In this document: positions 19,403 through 27,827 of the stretch, piece by piece
Numbering within the stretch: the stretch's first letter is position 1
How the letters are laid out: each line of letters starts with the position of its first letter
Source: Clostridia bacterium
GTDB lineage: Bacteria > Bacillota > Clostridia > Oscillospirales > QAKW01
Reading direction: 5' to 3'
Assembly (NCBI GenBank): GCA_017937065.1
Contig: JAGBEI010000014.1
Span: 71,154-135,153 of the forward strand
DNA length: 64,000 nucleotides
Notes under the pieces: model-generated
What the model was told of the DNA's origin: nothing
What the model saw: only the letters and a program-made list of their open reading frames with translations
Database searches by the model: none
Translations under genes and position numbers: made by a program

Positions 19403-22078
19403 GTGAATATTTTCAGGAAATATACGGTGCGCTCACTGCTGAAAAACAAAATGCGCACCTTTGTAACCATTGTCGGCATTGTGCTTTCCGTTGCAATGTT
19501 CACCGCCGTGACGGAGGCGGTGGCAAGCCTTCGCGGATATCTTATAGATGACGTTAAAAACAGCCTGGGAGGATTTTATGCAAGCACCGAGGAGATAGAC
19601 GCCTTATCGCTTTCAGAGCTTAAAGATGCGCCCGGTGTTGAAAAGACGGTCACACTGGGCAGCGTCGGCTATGCGGATATCGGCTCGCAAAATCCATATA
19701 AGCCCTATCTCTTTGTGGCTGATATGTCGGCGGGCTTTTCGGAGCTTGTGGCGGTGAATTTGGAAAGCGGCCGTCTGCCCGAACGGGAGGACGAAATTGT
19801 CCTGCCTATTCATCTTTCGACAAACGGAAGTGTGGAGTACAGCATAGGAGATACGCTGACGCTTCGCATAGGCGAGCGTATGTCGGACGGCTTCAGGCTT
19901 AACCAGGATAATATGTATACGGACGGGGAGGAGCTTGCCGGGGAATATGAAAAAACCTACACGGTTGTGGGTTTCTATACGCGTTTTTCAACGGAAATCG
20001 AGCCTTATTCCGCGCCGGGATATACAGCGCTGACTGTCGGCGGGGAATGCAGCCGTTACAGCTTGTTTTTCACTCTTGACAATATCCGTGATACGTTTGA
20101 TTTTATAAATTCCAATTCGGAATACGGTGATATTTCCGCCAACAGCGAGCTTTTGATGCTTTACGGCGTGAGCGGCTATGATAACATGCTGTCGGTGCTT
20201 ATCGGCATGGCGGCGGTGCTCATAGGACTTATAATGTTCGGATCGGTTTCACTTATTTATAATTCCTTTTCTATTTCCGTCAGCGAGCGGACAAAGCAGT
20301 TTGGCATACTCAAGTCGATAGGCGCTACCAAAAAGCAGATACGCCGCACAGTATTCTATGAAGCGCTTTTTCTCTGTATCATCGCGGTTCCGCTGGGTAT
20401 TATTGCCGGGTGTGCGGGGCTTGGAATTACGCTGTATCTGCTGCGCGGCGCGTTCAGCTCCGCAGATATGTTTTTCGATATCGGCGCGGGGCTGGCACCC
20501 AGGCTTATAATTTCGCCGACGGCACTTGCAGCCGCCGCGGTTATCGGCGTCGTAACGACGGTAATTTCGGCATATTTGCCAGCCCGCCGTGCAGTTAAGG
20601 TGCCGCCGATTGAGGCGGTGCGCCGCTCAAACGACATTACCGCAAAGCAGGTAAAGGTACGCGGAAACGGAATTATTTATAAGCTGTTCGGGTTTGAGGG
20701 CATGATTGCCGCAAAAAATTTTAGACGCAACAAAAAACAATACCGTACAGCAATACTGTCGTTGTTTATGAGCGTTGTTCTGTTTGTCTCCGCCTCCTCC
20801 TTCTGCCGGTATCTGACTGATGCTGCGGGCGATGTAGACAGAAGCGCCGGATATGATATATCCTATGTCATGAACGATGCGTACAATACCGACGCGGCTG
20901 ACCGGATTTACAGTGCTCTTGCAAAGGCGGACGGCGTAACGGAATCAGTGCTGCTGAGCGCGGGCTCGCATCAGGCTGTGACGCCGTACGAGTTTTTGTC
21001 CGAAAGGGCTCGGCAGCTGCTGTTTGGTGACGCGGACGGCAGCTTGGAGCAGGAAACGGAGTGGGACTGGGTATATCCGCGCATTTATTATGTAAGTGAC
21101 GCGCAGTATGAAAAACTGGCAAAAAGCAGCGGACTTTCAGTTGACATGTCAGACCCCGCAGCGCTTGTGTTTGATAATTTCAAGGCGTATATCAATGACG
21201 GCGGAAACAACATGAAGGTATATGAAATAGAGTACTTAAATCACAGTCGGATAACCGACAAGCTGGAGTTTTATTCGGTGCGCGAGCGGGAGGGCTACGG
21301 TTTTTTGAGGTTTGAAGACGGCTTTGCGCTCTACCTGCCGGAAGATGTGATGATGGATGATACGGAGTCCATTCGGGACGAGGATTATCTGCGCGTGAGC
21401 ATTGACGAGGCGCTGGATTATAACCCTATGAAAATTGCGGGGTTTGTAAAAGAAAAACCGTTTTTTGTAAATGACGAGCTGGCGCTGATTTATCCGCGCA
21501 GTGCAATATCTGATGCGCAGGTGGAGCTGTACAGTGCGAACATGTACTTTCTGGCAAAGGATCATGTCAAGACCTTCAATGATATGACAAAAATCCTGTC
21601 TGACATGAACGCCGACAAGTCGGGGCTTTTCGATGTTGCGGCAGATGCGGAGAGAGCGCGGTCGCTCACGGTAATTGTAAATGTATTTGCATACGGTTTT
21701 ATAATACTCATCTCACTTATAGCGCTGACAAATGTTTTCAACACCGTTTCGACAAACATATTTCTGCGCAGGCGGGAGCTGGCGATGTTTAAATCCATCG
21801 GCATGACGCGCGGCGGCTTTAACAAAATGATGAATTATGAGTGCATCATCTGCGGCGCGCGGGGACTTATGCTGGGGCTTCCCGTTTCGGTGCTTGTAAC
21901 ATTTCTGATATACGGTATTATGGGTCAGGGCTTTTCTTCTCGCTTTTATATCCCGTGGTACAGTATAGCTATTGCCGTGTTCAGCGTGTTTGCGGTCGTT
22001 TTTGTCGCGATGCTGTATTCAATGAGTAAGATACGCAGGGAAAACACGATAGACACACTTAAAAACGAGAATATATAG
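19403..22078 (+). CDS. ABC transporter permease with a duplicated FtsX/MacB-type module and two large extracytoplasmic domains
   Basis: Two repeats of one TM, a large loop, then three TMs. FtsX-like motifs are KSIGATKKQIRR and KSIGMTRGGFNK. Confidence 0.85.
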   Translation: MNIFRKYTVRSLLKNKMRTFVTIVGIVLSVAMFTAVTEAVASLRGYLIDDVKNSLGGFYASTEEIDALSLSELKDAPGVEKTVTLGSVGYADIGSQNPYKPYLFVADMSAGFSELVAVNLESGRLPEREDEIVLPIHLSTNGSVEYSIGDTLTLRIGERMSDGFRLNQDNMYTDGEELAGEYEKTYTVVGFYTRFSTEIEPYSAPGYTALTVGGECSRYSLFFTLDNIRDTFDFINSNSEYGDISANSELLMLYGVSGYDNMLSVLIGMAAVLIGLIMFGSVSLIYNSFSISVSERTKQFGILKSIGATKKQIRRTVFYEALFLCIIAVPLGIIAGCAGLGITLYLLRGAFSSADMFFDIGAGLAPRLIISPTALAAAAVIGVVTTVISAYLPARRAVKVPPIEAVRRSNDITAKQVKVRGNGIIYKLFGFEGMIAAKNFRRNKKQYRTAILSLFMSVVLFVSASSFCRYLTDAAGDVDRSAGYDISYVMNDAYNTDAADRIYSALAKADGVTESVLLSAGSHQAVTPYEFLSERARQLLFGDADGSLEQETEWDWVYPRIYYVSDAQYEKLAKSSGLSVDMSDPAALVFDNFKAYINDGGNNMKVYEIEYLNHSRITDKLEFYSVREREGYGFLRFEDGFALYLPEDVMMDDTESIRDEDYLRVSIDEALDYNPMKIAGFVKEKPFFVNDELALIYPRSAISDAQVELYSANMYFLAKDHVKTFNDMTKILSDMNADKSGLFDVAADAERARSLTVIVNVFAYGFIILISLIALTNVFNTVSTNIFLRRRELAMFKSIGMTRGGFNKMMNYECIICGARGLMLGLPVSVLVTFLIYGIMGQGFSSRFYIPWYSIAIAVFSVFAVVFVAMLYSMSKIRRENTIDTLKNENI

Positions 22079-22100
22079 CTTCTTAATTCATTGCAAATTA

Positions 22101-22128
22101 AAACCGGACACTTTTGTGTCCGGTTTTA
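22101..22128. terminator. bidirectional intrinsic terminator
   Basis: AAACCGGACAC, loop TTTT, GTGTCCGGTTT. Confidence 0.85.
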
Positions 22129-22134
22129 TACTGT

Positions 22135-22779
22135 CTAAAATGCAAAATTGCACATGCTGCACCTGCCGCCGAGCTTTTTGAAAATCTCCGTAAATTCGGG
22201 ATACCTTTCAAACAGTCCGTCAACATTTCGCACCACCGTATCACCCTTGGTATAGGTCGAAATCAGAATCAGAGCCATTGCCATGTGCGGATTGTTTTTT
22301 GCATTCAACACCGTGTACTCCAACGACCGCTGCGGCCAGATCCACAAATCGTTGCCGTTAAACTCGCACCGCGCGCCCAGCGCATGGAGGTTTTCGATTA
22401 TAAGCTCCTGAAGCTCAGCCGCTGCGGCAAAGCCCGAAATGTGCGTTTTGCCCTTTGCAAACAGTGCCGGTATGGAGATTACAGGCGCTAATACCGGAAA
22501 TTCCTCGATATTGACATGACAGCCCCGCAGGGTATCGGCACGCACGTTTACGCTGTCGCCGCCGCGTGTGATTTTTGCGCCGAAGCGGCGCAGTATGTCC
22601 AGTACCATTTTTCCGTTTTGCTCGCTGCCTGCGTTCAGGTTTGTACAGATAACGGACGAATCAAGCGCCGCGCGCGCAAAAAACATGCCGGCAAAGCTGT
22701 AATCGCCGCTGTATTTTCCTATCAGCGGCGCGCTGAACTCGCCGCGTATATCGCATTTTTTAACTTCTATATCCGACAT
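22135..22779 (-). CDS. EPSP-synthase/EPT-fold protein, C-terminal half only, with catalytic residues substituted
   Basis: Aligns by eye to the C-terminal ~200 aa of AroA (ALFAKGKT, NNPHMAMAL, ERYPEF). Its own ATG lies 5 nt after the upstream stop. Confidence 0.65.
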   Translation of the reverse strand: MSDIEVKKCDIRGEFSAPLIGKYSGDYSFAGMFFARAALDSSVICTNLNAGSEQNGKMVLDILRRFGAKITRGGDSVNVRADTLRGCHVNIEEFPVLAPVISIPALFAKGKTHISGFAAAAELQELIIENLHALGARCEFNGNDLWIWPQRSLEYTVLNAKNNPHMAMALILISTYTKGDTVVRNVDGLFERYPEFTEIFKKLGGRCSMCNFAF

Positions 22780-22784
22780 TCCGT

Positions 22785-23594
22785 TTAAAACCGACCGTTA
22801 AATACCGACTGCATAAAGTCTGCGACCTGCTCTGAGGTTACACTTTCTTTTCCTGCAAGCTCGCTGTACCGCGCAAAAAGCGCCGCACTGTTCTGCGCGG
22901 TTTTTTGCTTGAATTCCTCACTCGGCTGCCATTTATAGCCCTTGTCCGCGCTGTATGCGTCATCTGCATTGTTTTTTTCGTTTATTTCTTCAATATAATC
23001 GCCCACGCGCAAGAGCAGATTTTTCGGCTCCGAAAAATCCGGAATGCGCGACAAAACCGCCGCTTTTGCCTTATCGTACTGACCGATATATTCTTCAAGA
23101 CTGCCGCCCGACAGCGCCTCTTTCTCATTCTGTGCAATCGTGACCATGCCTGCTGCGTCAATCCGCGGATATGCCTCGGTATAAATCGGCAGCAGATAGA
23201 TAAGCTCGTCTCCGTAAACCCAAGGCTGTGCGTCGATTATGTATGTTTCGCCTTTTTTCATGTTCATTCTTGATACAAACTCGTCTGTCGTGCCCAGGCA
23301 GTACAGCTTTGCCTGCCCCGACGGCGTGTAGCCGTCAAGGCTTTGGGTGATGTTGACTGTATACACAGTGTATTTTGTGAGGTCAATATTATATTTTGTA
23401 ATAAGTGCGTCCTCGGTTGCGACCGACAGAATTTCGCCCACAAAGAGATTTTTCTGAAGCTCGACCGTGTTTTCCAGGCGGCTTGTAATCGCCGTATCTT
23501 CGCCTACTATTTTCTGCCCCTGTCCGCTGTCGGCGCAGCCGCTGCACAAAAGCACCGCCGCTGTGAGAATCAGACCTATCAGTCGTTTTACCAT
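22785..23594 (-). CDS. lipoprotein of unknown function
   Basis: Lipobox LLCSGC is present after the start at MVKRLIG. That ATG overlaps the upstream stop (TAATG). Confidence 0.7.
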   Translation of the reverse strand: MVKRLIGLILTAAVLLCSGCADSGQGQKIVGEDTAITSRLENTVELQKNLFVGEILSVATEDALITKYNIDLTKYTVYTVNITQSLDGYTPSGQAKLYCLGTTDEFVSRMNMKKGETYIIDAQPWVYGDELIYLLPIYTEAYPRIDAAGMVTIAQNEKEALSGGSLEEYIGQYDKAKAAVLSRIPDFSEPKNLLLRVGDYIEEINEKNNADDAYSADKGYKWQPSEEFKQKTAQNSAALFARYSELAGKESVTSEQVADFMQSVFNGRF

Positions 23595-25585
23595 TATTGT
23601 TTTATATCCTCCTGTATATCCCAAATCTGATGCGACGGTGTGTTCTGACCGCGCCCGCTCGCGGGATTCCATACGTCGGACGAATTCTCGCCCTCCGGCG
23701 TGCCTTCGGAATTTTCGGGATTATCTGTCGTTTGTGAAGAATCGGACGTTTCGCCGCTGTCAGTGCCGTTCTCCGCGTCAGGCTTTGTGTCCGTCTCATT
23801 TGCCGGAGACTGAACCGTATCCGAGTCTGACGGGTTGTCCGTGCTTTCGGGCGTTTGGGACGGATTTTCCGTCCGCGTGCCCTCGCCCGTCTGTGTGCCG
23901 CTTTCATCATTGCTGCTGTCGGCGGGATTGCTCGTGCTCGGAGTGTCGCCGCCGCTTTCGGTGTCGGTCGGGGTTTGCGTTTCAGGCTCTATTTCCTCCG
24001 GCGTTACGCCGTCGTCGGTATCGGGCGCCGCGGGTTCTTCGGGAACCTCGGGAGTCTCCTGCGGGACGTCCTCGTAAACGCTTTCGGCATACAGCGCGAC
24101 CGCCTGCTCGAAGAATACGTTCTGGCGCTCGTAAAAGCTCTGCAATTTAAAATACATATCGGAAATTTTTTCGCCGAACTTAAACTCGTTTTCACTCTCT
24201 ATCTTGTTCTTCACCGCCTCCGCAATGCTGAACTTTGACGAGAGATCCAGCTCAACGCCCGTGTCGATAAGATTTTTGTAAAAAACGGGGGTGGAATATC
24301 CGTTTATAAGCATGGTGTCGTTAAGGCGCGCTATCTCCAGCCTGTCGCTGTAATCGGGCTTGATGTATGCGCGGATATAATGCGGCGCCCAGGAATCGTA
24401 AGGGTTTTCGGCGCGGATTGACATGCTGCTGATATCGAAAACGCACATGCCCTCGGGCATTTCCAGCTTGAAGGATGAGGTTGTGCCCAGCTCAAAATCG
24501 TCGGTGCCCAAAGTGTCTAACAGAAAGCTCTCGGTATACCCGCCGCTGGGCTTTTCGGAAAAGAAGGTGACGTCCAAAAACAGCCGCCCGTCGTAGTCCA
24601 GCGAGTCGGTTTCGGGGATATCCACGCCTTTTGTATAATAGGTAAGAATATTATTTTGGATTTGGATATTTACCGTTTCGATATCAAGATACAAAAATTT
24701 TCCGCCGTTAAGCCCCAGTGAATCGAGCGCGTCCGCCTTGAGCGTGTCGCTCATGAGCTCGGTCGCGCCTTTTTGCGCAAGGCTCAGATAATATGAGTAT
24801 ATCTGCTTTGTGCGGTTGTATTTATTGTTTTCACCGTGCACGATTTCCAGCGTTGACTGTTTGACGGTGTTTTCACCGTCGCCGAACACCGCAACGTCCT
24901 CCCAGCTCTCGCGCGCGAGCATCATCGGCTCGTTGCCGAGCAGAAAATAAACCCGCGCCCAGCGGCAGTGCCACTGGTCGTAATTGTTGTTGATGTCGGG
25001 CAGAACGGCAATCGTGTATTCGGTAATGTCAAACGGCGTATAGCCGAAAGGCAGAATGAGCGTGAACGTGTCGGTCATGCCGCTTTCGAAATTGTCGTAG
25101 TTTGAGTTTTGGAGCGCAAATTCGGTAGTATTTCCGTCGGAAAAGGCAAGGCGGATATTTACGCCGCCGCGGTCCAGCCCCACGCCGCGGGGGTTTATAT
25201 AGTTTTCGTCGTCTGTTTTAAGCGTGACCTGTATGCGGTTGGACGAGCCGAGCGCGTAAAGTGAGCGCAGATACGGCACCGTGTCGTCAAACTCGGTCAT
25301 GGTCAGGCGCGAGATAATGCGGCGGTTGCCGTCAAAAAACGGACAGACAAATTTTGTAAACAGCGCGGACATAACGCACAGCACCGCGATGCATGCCGCC
25401 GCGGCGCAGCCGGTGATAAACGGCACGCTTTTAATAAAGCTTTTAAATCGGGCGCTTTTGAAAAAGCGTTTTATTTTGCGCAAGGTGAATTTTATATTAA
25501 CCGCCGCCCATTTTTTCAGGCGTTTTCTGTAACGGTAATCGTTGAATTTTTCGATTAATTTTTTCAAGGCGGGATTTCCTTTCAA
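23594..25585 (-). CDS. single-pass membrane protein with two PLAT-like internal repeats and a long acidic Thr/Pro/Ser/Glu-rich tail
   Basis: Basic N-terminus followed by one TM. Repeat signature is F.L..P.G...FDI....I...D.W....R.Y. The last ~160 aa are low complexity. Confidence 0.6.
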   Translation of the reverse strand: MKGNPALKKLIEKFNDYRYRKRLKKWAAVNIKFTLRKIKRFFKSARFKSFIKSVPFITGCAAAACIAVLCVMSALFTKFVCPFFDGNRRIISRLTMTEFDDTVPYLRSLYALGSSNRIQVTLKTDDENYINPRGVGLDRGGVNIRLAFSDGNTTEFALQNSNYDNFESGMTDTFTLILPFGYTPFDITEYTIAVLPDINNNYDQWHCRWARVYFLLGNEPMMLARESWEDVAVFGDGENTVKQSTLEIVHGENNKYNRTKQIYSYYLSLAQKGATELMSDTLKADALDSLGLNGGKFLYLDIETVNIQIQNNILTYYTKGVDIPETDSLDYDGRLFLDVTFFSEKPSGGYTESFLLDTLGTDDFELGTTSSFKLEMPEGMCVFDISSMSIRAENPYDSWAPHYIRAYIKPDYSDRLEIARLNDTMLINGYSTPVFYKNLIDTGVELDLSSKFSIAEAVKNKIESENEFKFGEKISDMYFKLQSFYERQNVFFEQAVALYAESVYEDVPQETPEVPEEPAAPDTDDGVTPEEIEPETQTPTDTESGGDTPSTSNPADSSNDESGTQTGEGTRTENPSQTPESTDNPSDSDTVQSPANETDTKPDAENGTDSGETSDSSQTTDNPENSEGTPEGENSSDVWNPASGRGQNTPSHQIWDIQEDIKQ

Positions 25586-25713
25586 AAAAACTGTACATAA
25601 TAATTATATCACAGAATATCCGATTTTTAAATGTTTTTTTAAATTTAATAAATTTGCGTATAGTGCGCGCTTTTTTGTCAATAATAGTTACGAGCCCAAA
25701 GGAGAGATGAAAA

Positions 25714-25938
25714 ATGATGGATAAGCTGGCGCTTACACTCGTGACTATCGGCGCTATCAACTGGGGCAGCGTCGGACTGTTTAAGTTTGACATAGTGGGA
25801 TTTATTTTCGGCGGTACCGATTCGCTTGTCAGCCGTATAATTTTCACGCTCGTTGGTCTTGCAGGTCTGTGGACAATCTCAGTGCTTTTCAAAAAGATTG
25901 TACCCGCGGACTCTGTTGTAACCGAGAATCACGAATAA
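25714..25938 (+). CDS. DUF378 small membrane protein
   Basis: TIGAINWGSVGLFKFDIV signature, 74 aa, AAGGAG RBS. Confidence 0.8.
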   Translation: MMDKLALTLVTIGAINWGSVGLFKFDIVGFIFGGTDSLVSRIIFTLVGLAGLWTISVLFKKIVPADSVVTENHE

Positions 25939-25970
25939 AAATCACGGCGGTGTATACCGCCGTGATTTTT
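25937..25970. terminator. bidirectional intrinsic terminator
   Basis: AAAA, stem ATCACGGCGGT, loop GTAT, stem ACCGCCGTGAT, TTTT. Confidence 0.85.
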
Positions 25971-26817
25971 ATATTTTTCTCTTTTTTCTGATAATCAAAA
26001 TTACAATGCCTGCCGCGATGAGAAGCAAGACAGCCCCGCCGATGTAAAAGGGCGTATAGTTATAAACTATTCTGTATGCGCCGCCGTTTAATTTAGGGTC
26101 TTTTTCCCACGGCATAAGATGTACGATTTGAACGGGATAGTCCTTGGCGTAAATTTTAAGCGCTTCCCTTGCGGTATAGATTTTCCCGTTTTCAAGGTCT
26201 GTGAAATCGGGGCGAGAGGTGTACGGAATGAGATACTCCGTGCCGCCTGCCAAGACGTATACAAAATCAAATTTGTCCGCCGTGACATATTTAATCTGCT
26301 CTATGTCCGTTATGTTTTTTTCTTTATTTAATTTTTCGGTAATTCCCTTTAGTGAGAAATCCAAATCGAGCTTGTTTCCGTCGTCGTCGGTGTAAACAGG
26401 ACTGTTTCCCGAACTGCCAAACTCCCAGCCGTCACCGTTGCTTCCGAATGAAATGTAAATATTTTCCTTATATAGAGGTATTATCCAGCTGTAATTGCTG
26501 TCAATCAGAGATGCAAAGCTGCCGTTTTTCTTGTAGTCATCGGCAATATAGCTTGTGTTCAGCCTGTATTTTTTATAGGCATTGTCCGTTTTTATGCTGC
26601 TTATAATTTCGTTTTTGTCAACGGAGGGGTTAAGGCTTAGCATCATGCTTGAGAAAAACTCACTGTTGGAGTCAATAAGCTGCTGAATTCGGCGCAGCTC
26701 TTCCCTGCTGTTTTCTTCTTCTCTTTTTATAAGGTCTTGCGCGCTTTCGGCAGAGCAGACACAGCACAGAATCGAAATTAGTGCAATTATTAATAGCATT
26801 ACGGCAGATTTTTTCAT
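25969..26817 (-). CDS. hypothetical exported protein with an N-terminal signal peptide and a C-terminal TM anchor with a basic tail
   Basis: 282-aa ORF, visibly AT-richer than its neighbours. I recognise no motif. Confidence 0.6.
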   Translation of the reverse strand: MKKSAVMLLIIALISILCCVCSAESAQDLIKREEENSREELRRIQQLIDSNSEFFSSMMLSLNPSVDKNEIISSIKTDNAYKKYRLNTSYIADDYKKNGSFASLIDSNYSWIIPLYKENIYISFGSNGDGWEFGSSGNSPVYTDDDGNKLDLDFSLKGITEKLNKEKNITDIEQIKYVTADKFDFVYVLAGGTEYLIPYTSRPDFTDLENGKIYTAREALKIYAKDYPVQIVHLMPWEKDPKLNGGAYRIVYNYTPFYIGGAVLLLIAAGIVILIIRKKRKI

Positions 26818-26881
26818 AATTTGACCTACGCCCTTTTTGTTTTATATTAGCATATTTATTTGCGGGTTGTCAAATTAAAGT

Positions 26882-26910
26882 AAAACACGGCGGTATACCG
26901 CCGTGTTTTT
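26882..26910 (-). terminator. intrinsic terminator (near-copy of the 25941 hairpin)
   Basis: Stem ACACGGCGG, loop TATA, stem CCGCCGTGT, flanked by A and T runs. Confidence 0.7.
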
Positions 26911-26931
26911 AAAGTAAGAAAACAAATGCGC

Positions 26932-26983
26932 TTTATTACATTTATTTCCATATAATATTATAAATGGAAATAAATGTAATAAA
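26932..26983. repeat. perfect 20-bp inverted repeat with a 12-nt spacer
   Basis: TTTATTACATTTATTTCCAT (26932-26951) is the exact reverse complement of ATGGAAATAAATGTAATAAA (26964-26983). Confidence 0.9.
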
Positions 26984-27059
26984 TATTAAATATTTAGTGT
27001 TCACCAATAAATACTGAAATTATTTTAAAGTTCAATTATAATAACATTGATGCAGGAAA

Positions 27060-27341
27060 TCACATCTTCTTTTTACGTGTTATCTTGTCGATAAAATCAG
27101 CACCGTTTATAAGATCAGCGGGGTCAACCTCCAAAGCTCTGGCAATATCAAAAAATATGTCTAAATTAAAAGATTTTGCAATTCCTGGCGCTTCAATTAC
27201 GCTGATGAGTGCGCGACTAACATTTGCTTTTTCGGCAAATTCAGCTTGTGACAAGCCCCTTATTCTTCTAAGCGTTGAAATTGTAGCGCTTAATTGTATA
27301 AGCTGATCCCGGCTTTCCGGCGACATCGTTCTATTTCCCAT
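27060..27341 (-). CDS. XRE-family HTH transcriptional regulator (paralog 1)
   Basis: HTH core is GLSQAEFAEKANVSRALISVIEAPG. The ATG at 27341 (MGNRT...) follows a GAGGTG RBS at 9-nt spacing. Confidence 0.8.
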   Translation of the reverse strand: MGNRTMSPESRDQLIQLSATISTLRRIRGLSQAEFAEKANVSRALISVIEAPGIAKSFNLDIFFDIARALEVDPADLINGADFIDKITRKKKM

Positions 27342-27409
27342 AAGTAAATTCACCTCAAAATAATTATATATTATATTTATGTAAAATTCAGCATATTATT
27401 CGTAAGATA

Positions 27410-27438
27410 TTGACAACAATCGTAAGCAAATATATAAT
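27410..27438 (+). promoter_or_regulatory. perfect consensus sigma-A promoter, antisense to XRE paralog 2
   Basis: TTGACA (27410-27415), 17-nt spacer, TATAAT (27433-27438). TCGTAAG direct repeats sit at 27400 and 27420. Confidence 0.55.
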
Positions 27439-27454
27439 ATAAATGATTTAACTA

Positions 27455-27703
27455 TTATTTCTCAGAGGCATCTATTAATTCTGCTGCACGTATATTCAAT
27501 GCATCTGCAATATCATATAAAACCTCTAAATCAAAGTCGCAAGCACTTCCTGGTGCTTCAATTACACTAAGATAAGAACGGCTAATGTCGGCGAGCTCGG
27601 CTAATTTATCCTGAGATAATCCTTGCTCCTTTCTAAGTTTGGCAATGGTTATACCTAACTGAACAAATCGATCACGATTCTTAAATTTGACTTCTTTTCC
27701 CAT
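27455..27703 (-). CDS. XRE-family HTH transcriptional regulator (paralog 2)
   Basis: HTH core is GLSQDKLAELADISRSYLSVIEAPG. AAGGAGA RBS. Confidence 0.8.
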   Translation of the reverse strand: MGKEVKFKNRDRFVQLGITIAKLRKEQGLSQDKLAELADISRSYLSVIEAPGSACDFDLEVLYDIADALNIRAAELIDASEK

Positions 27704-27749
27704 AATAGTATCTCCTTTGCTTCTTTAATATTATTATAAAAGATCTTTA

Positions 27750-27778
27750 TATATATTTCAGCATTTATATAAAAGCAA
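27750..27778 (-). promoter_or_regulatory. candidate sigma-A promoter for the XRE pair
   Basis: On the minus strand: TTGCTT, 17-nt spacer, TATATA. Confidence 0.4.
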
Positions 27779-27827
27779 TTAATAGGTATTTATAAGCTAT
27801 TGTGTTTCGGATTAACAAGGGAATAAT

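Noticed and set aside
23467-24150. 227-aa Arg/Cys/Pro-rich plus-strand ORF and other small ORFs in 23.6-24.2 kb
   Set aside because: These are mirror frames of the acidic low-complexity tail of the 663-aa protein. Their composition is an artefact of the antisense repeat.
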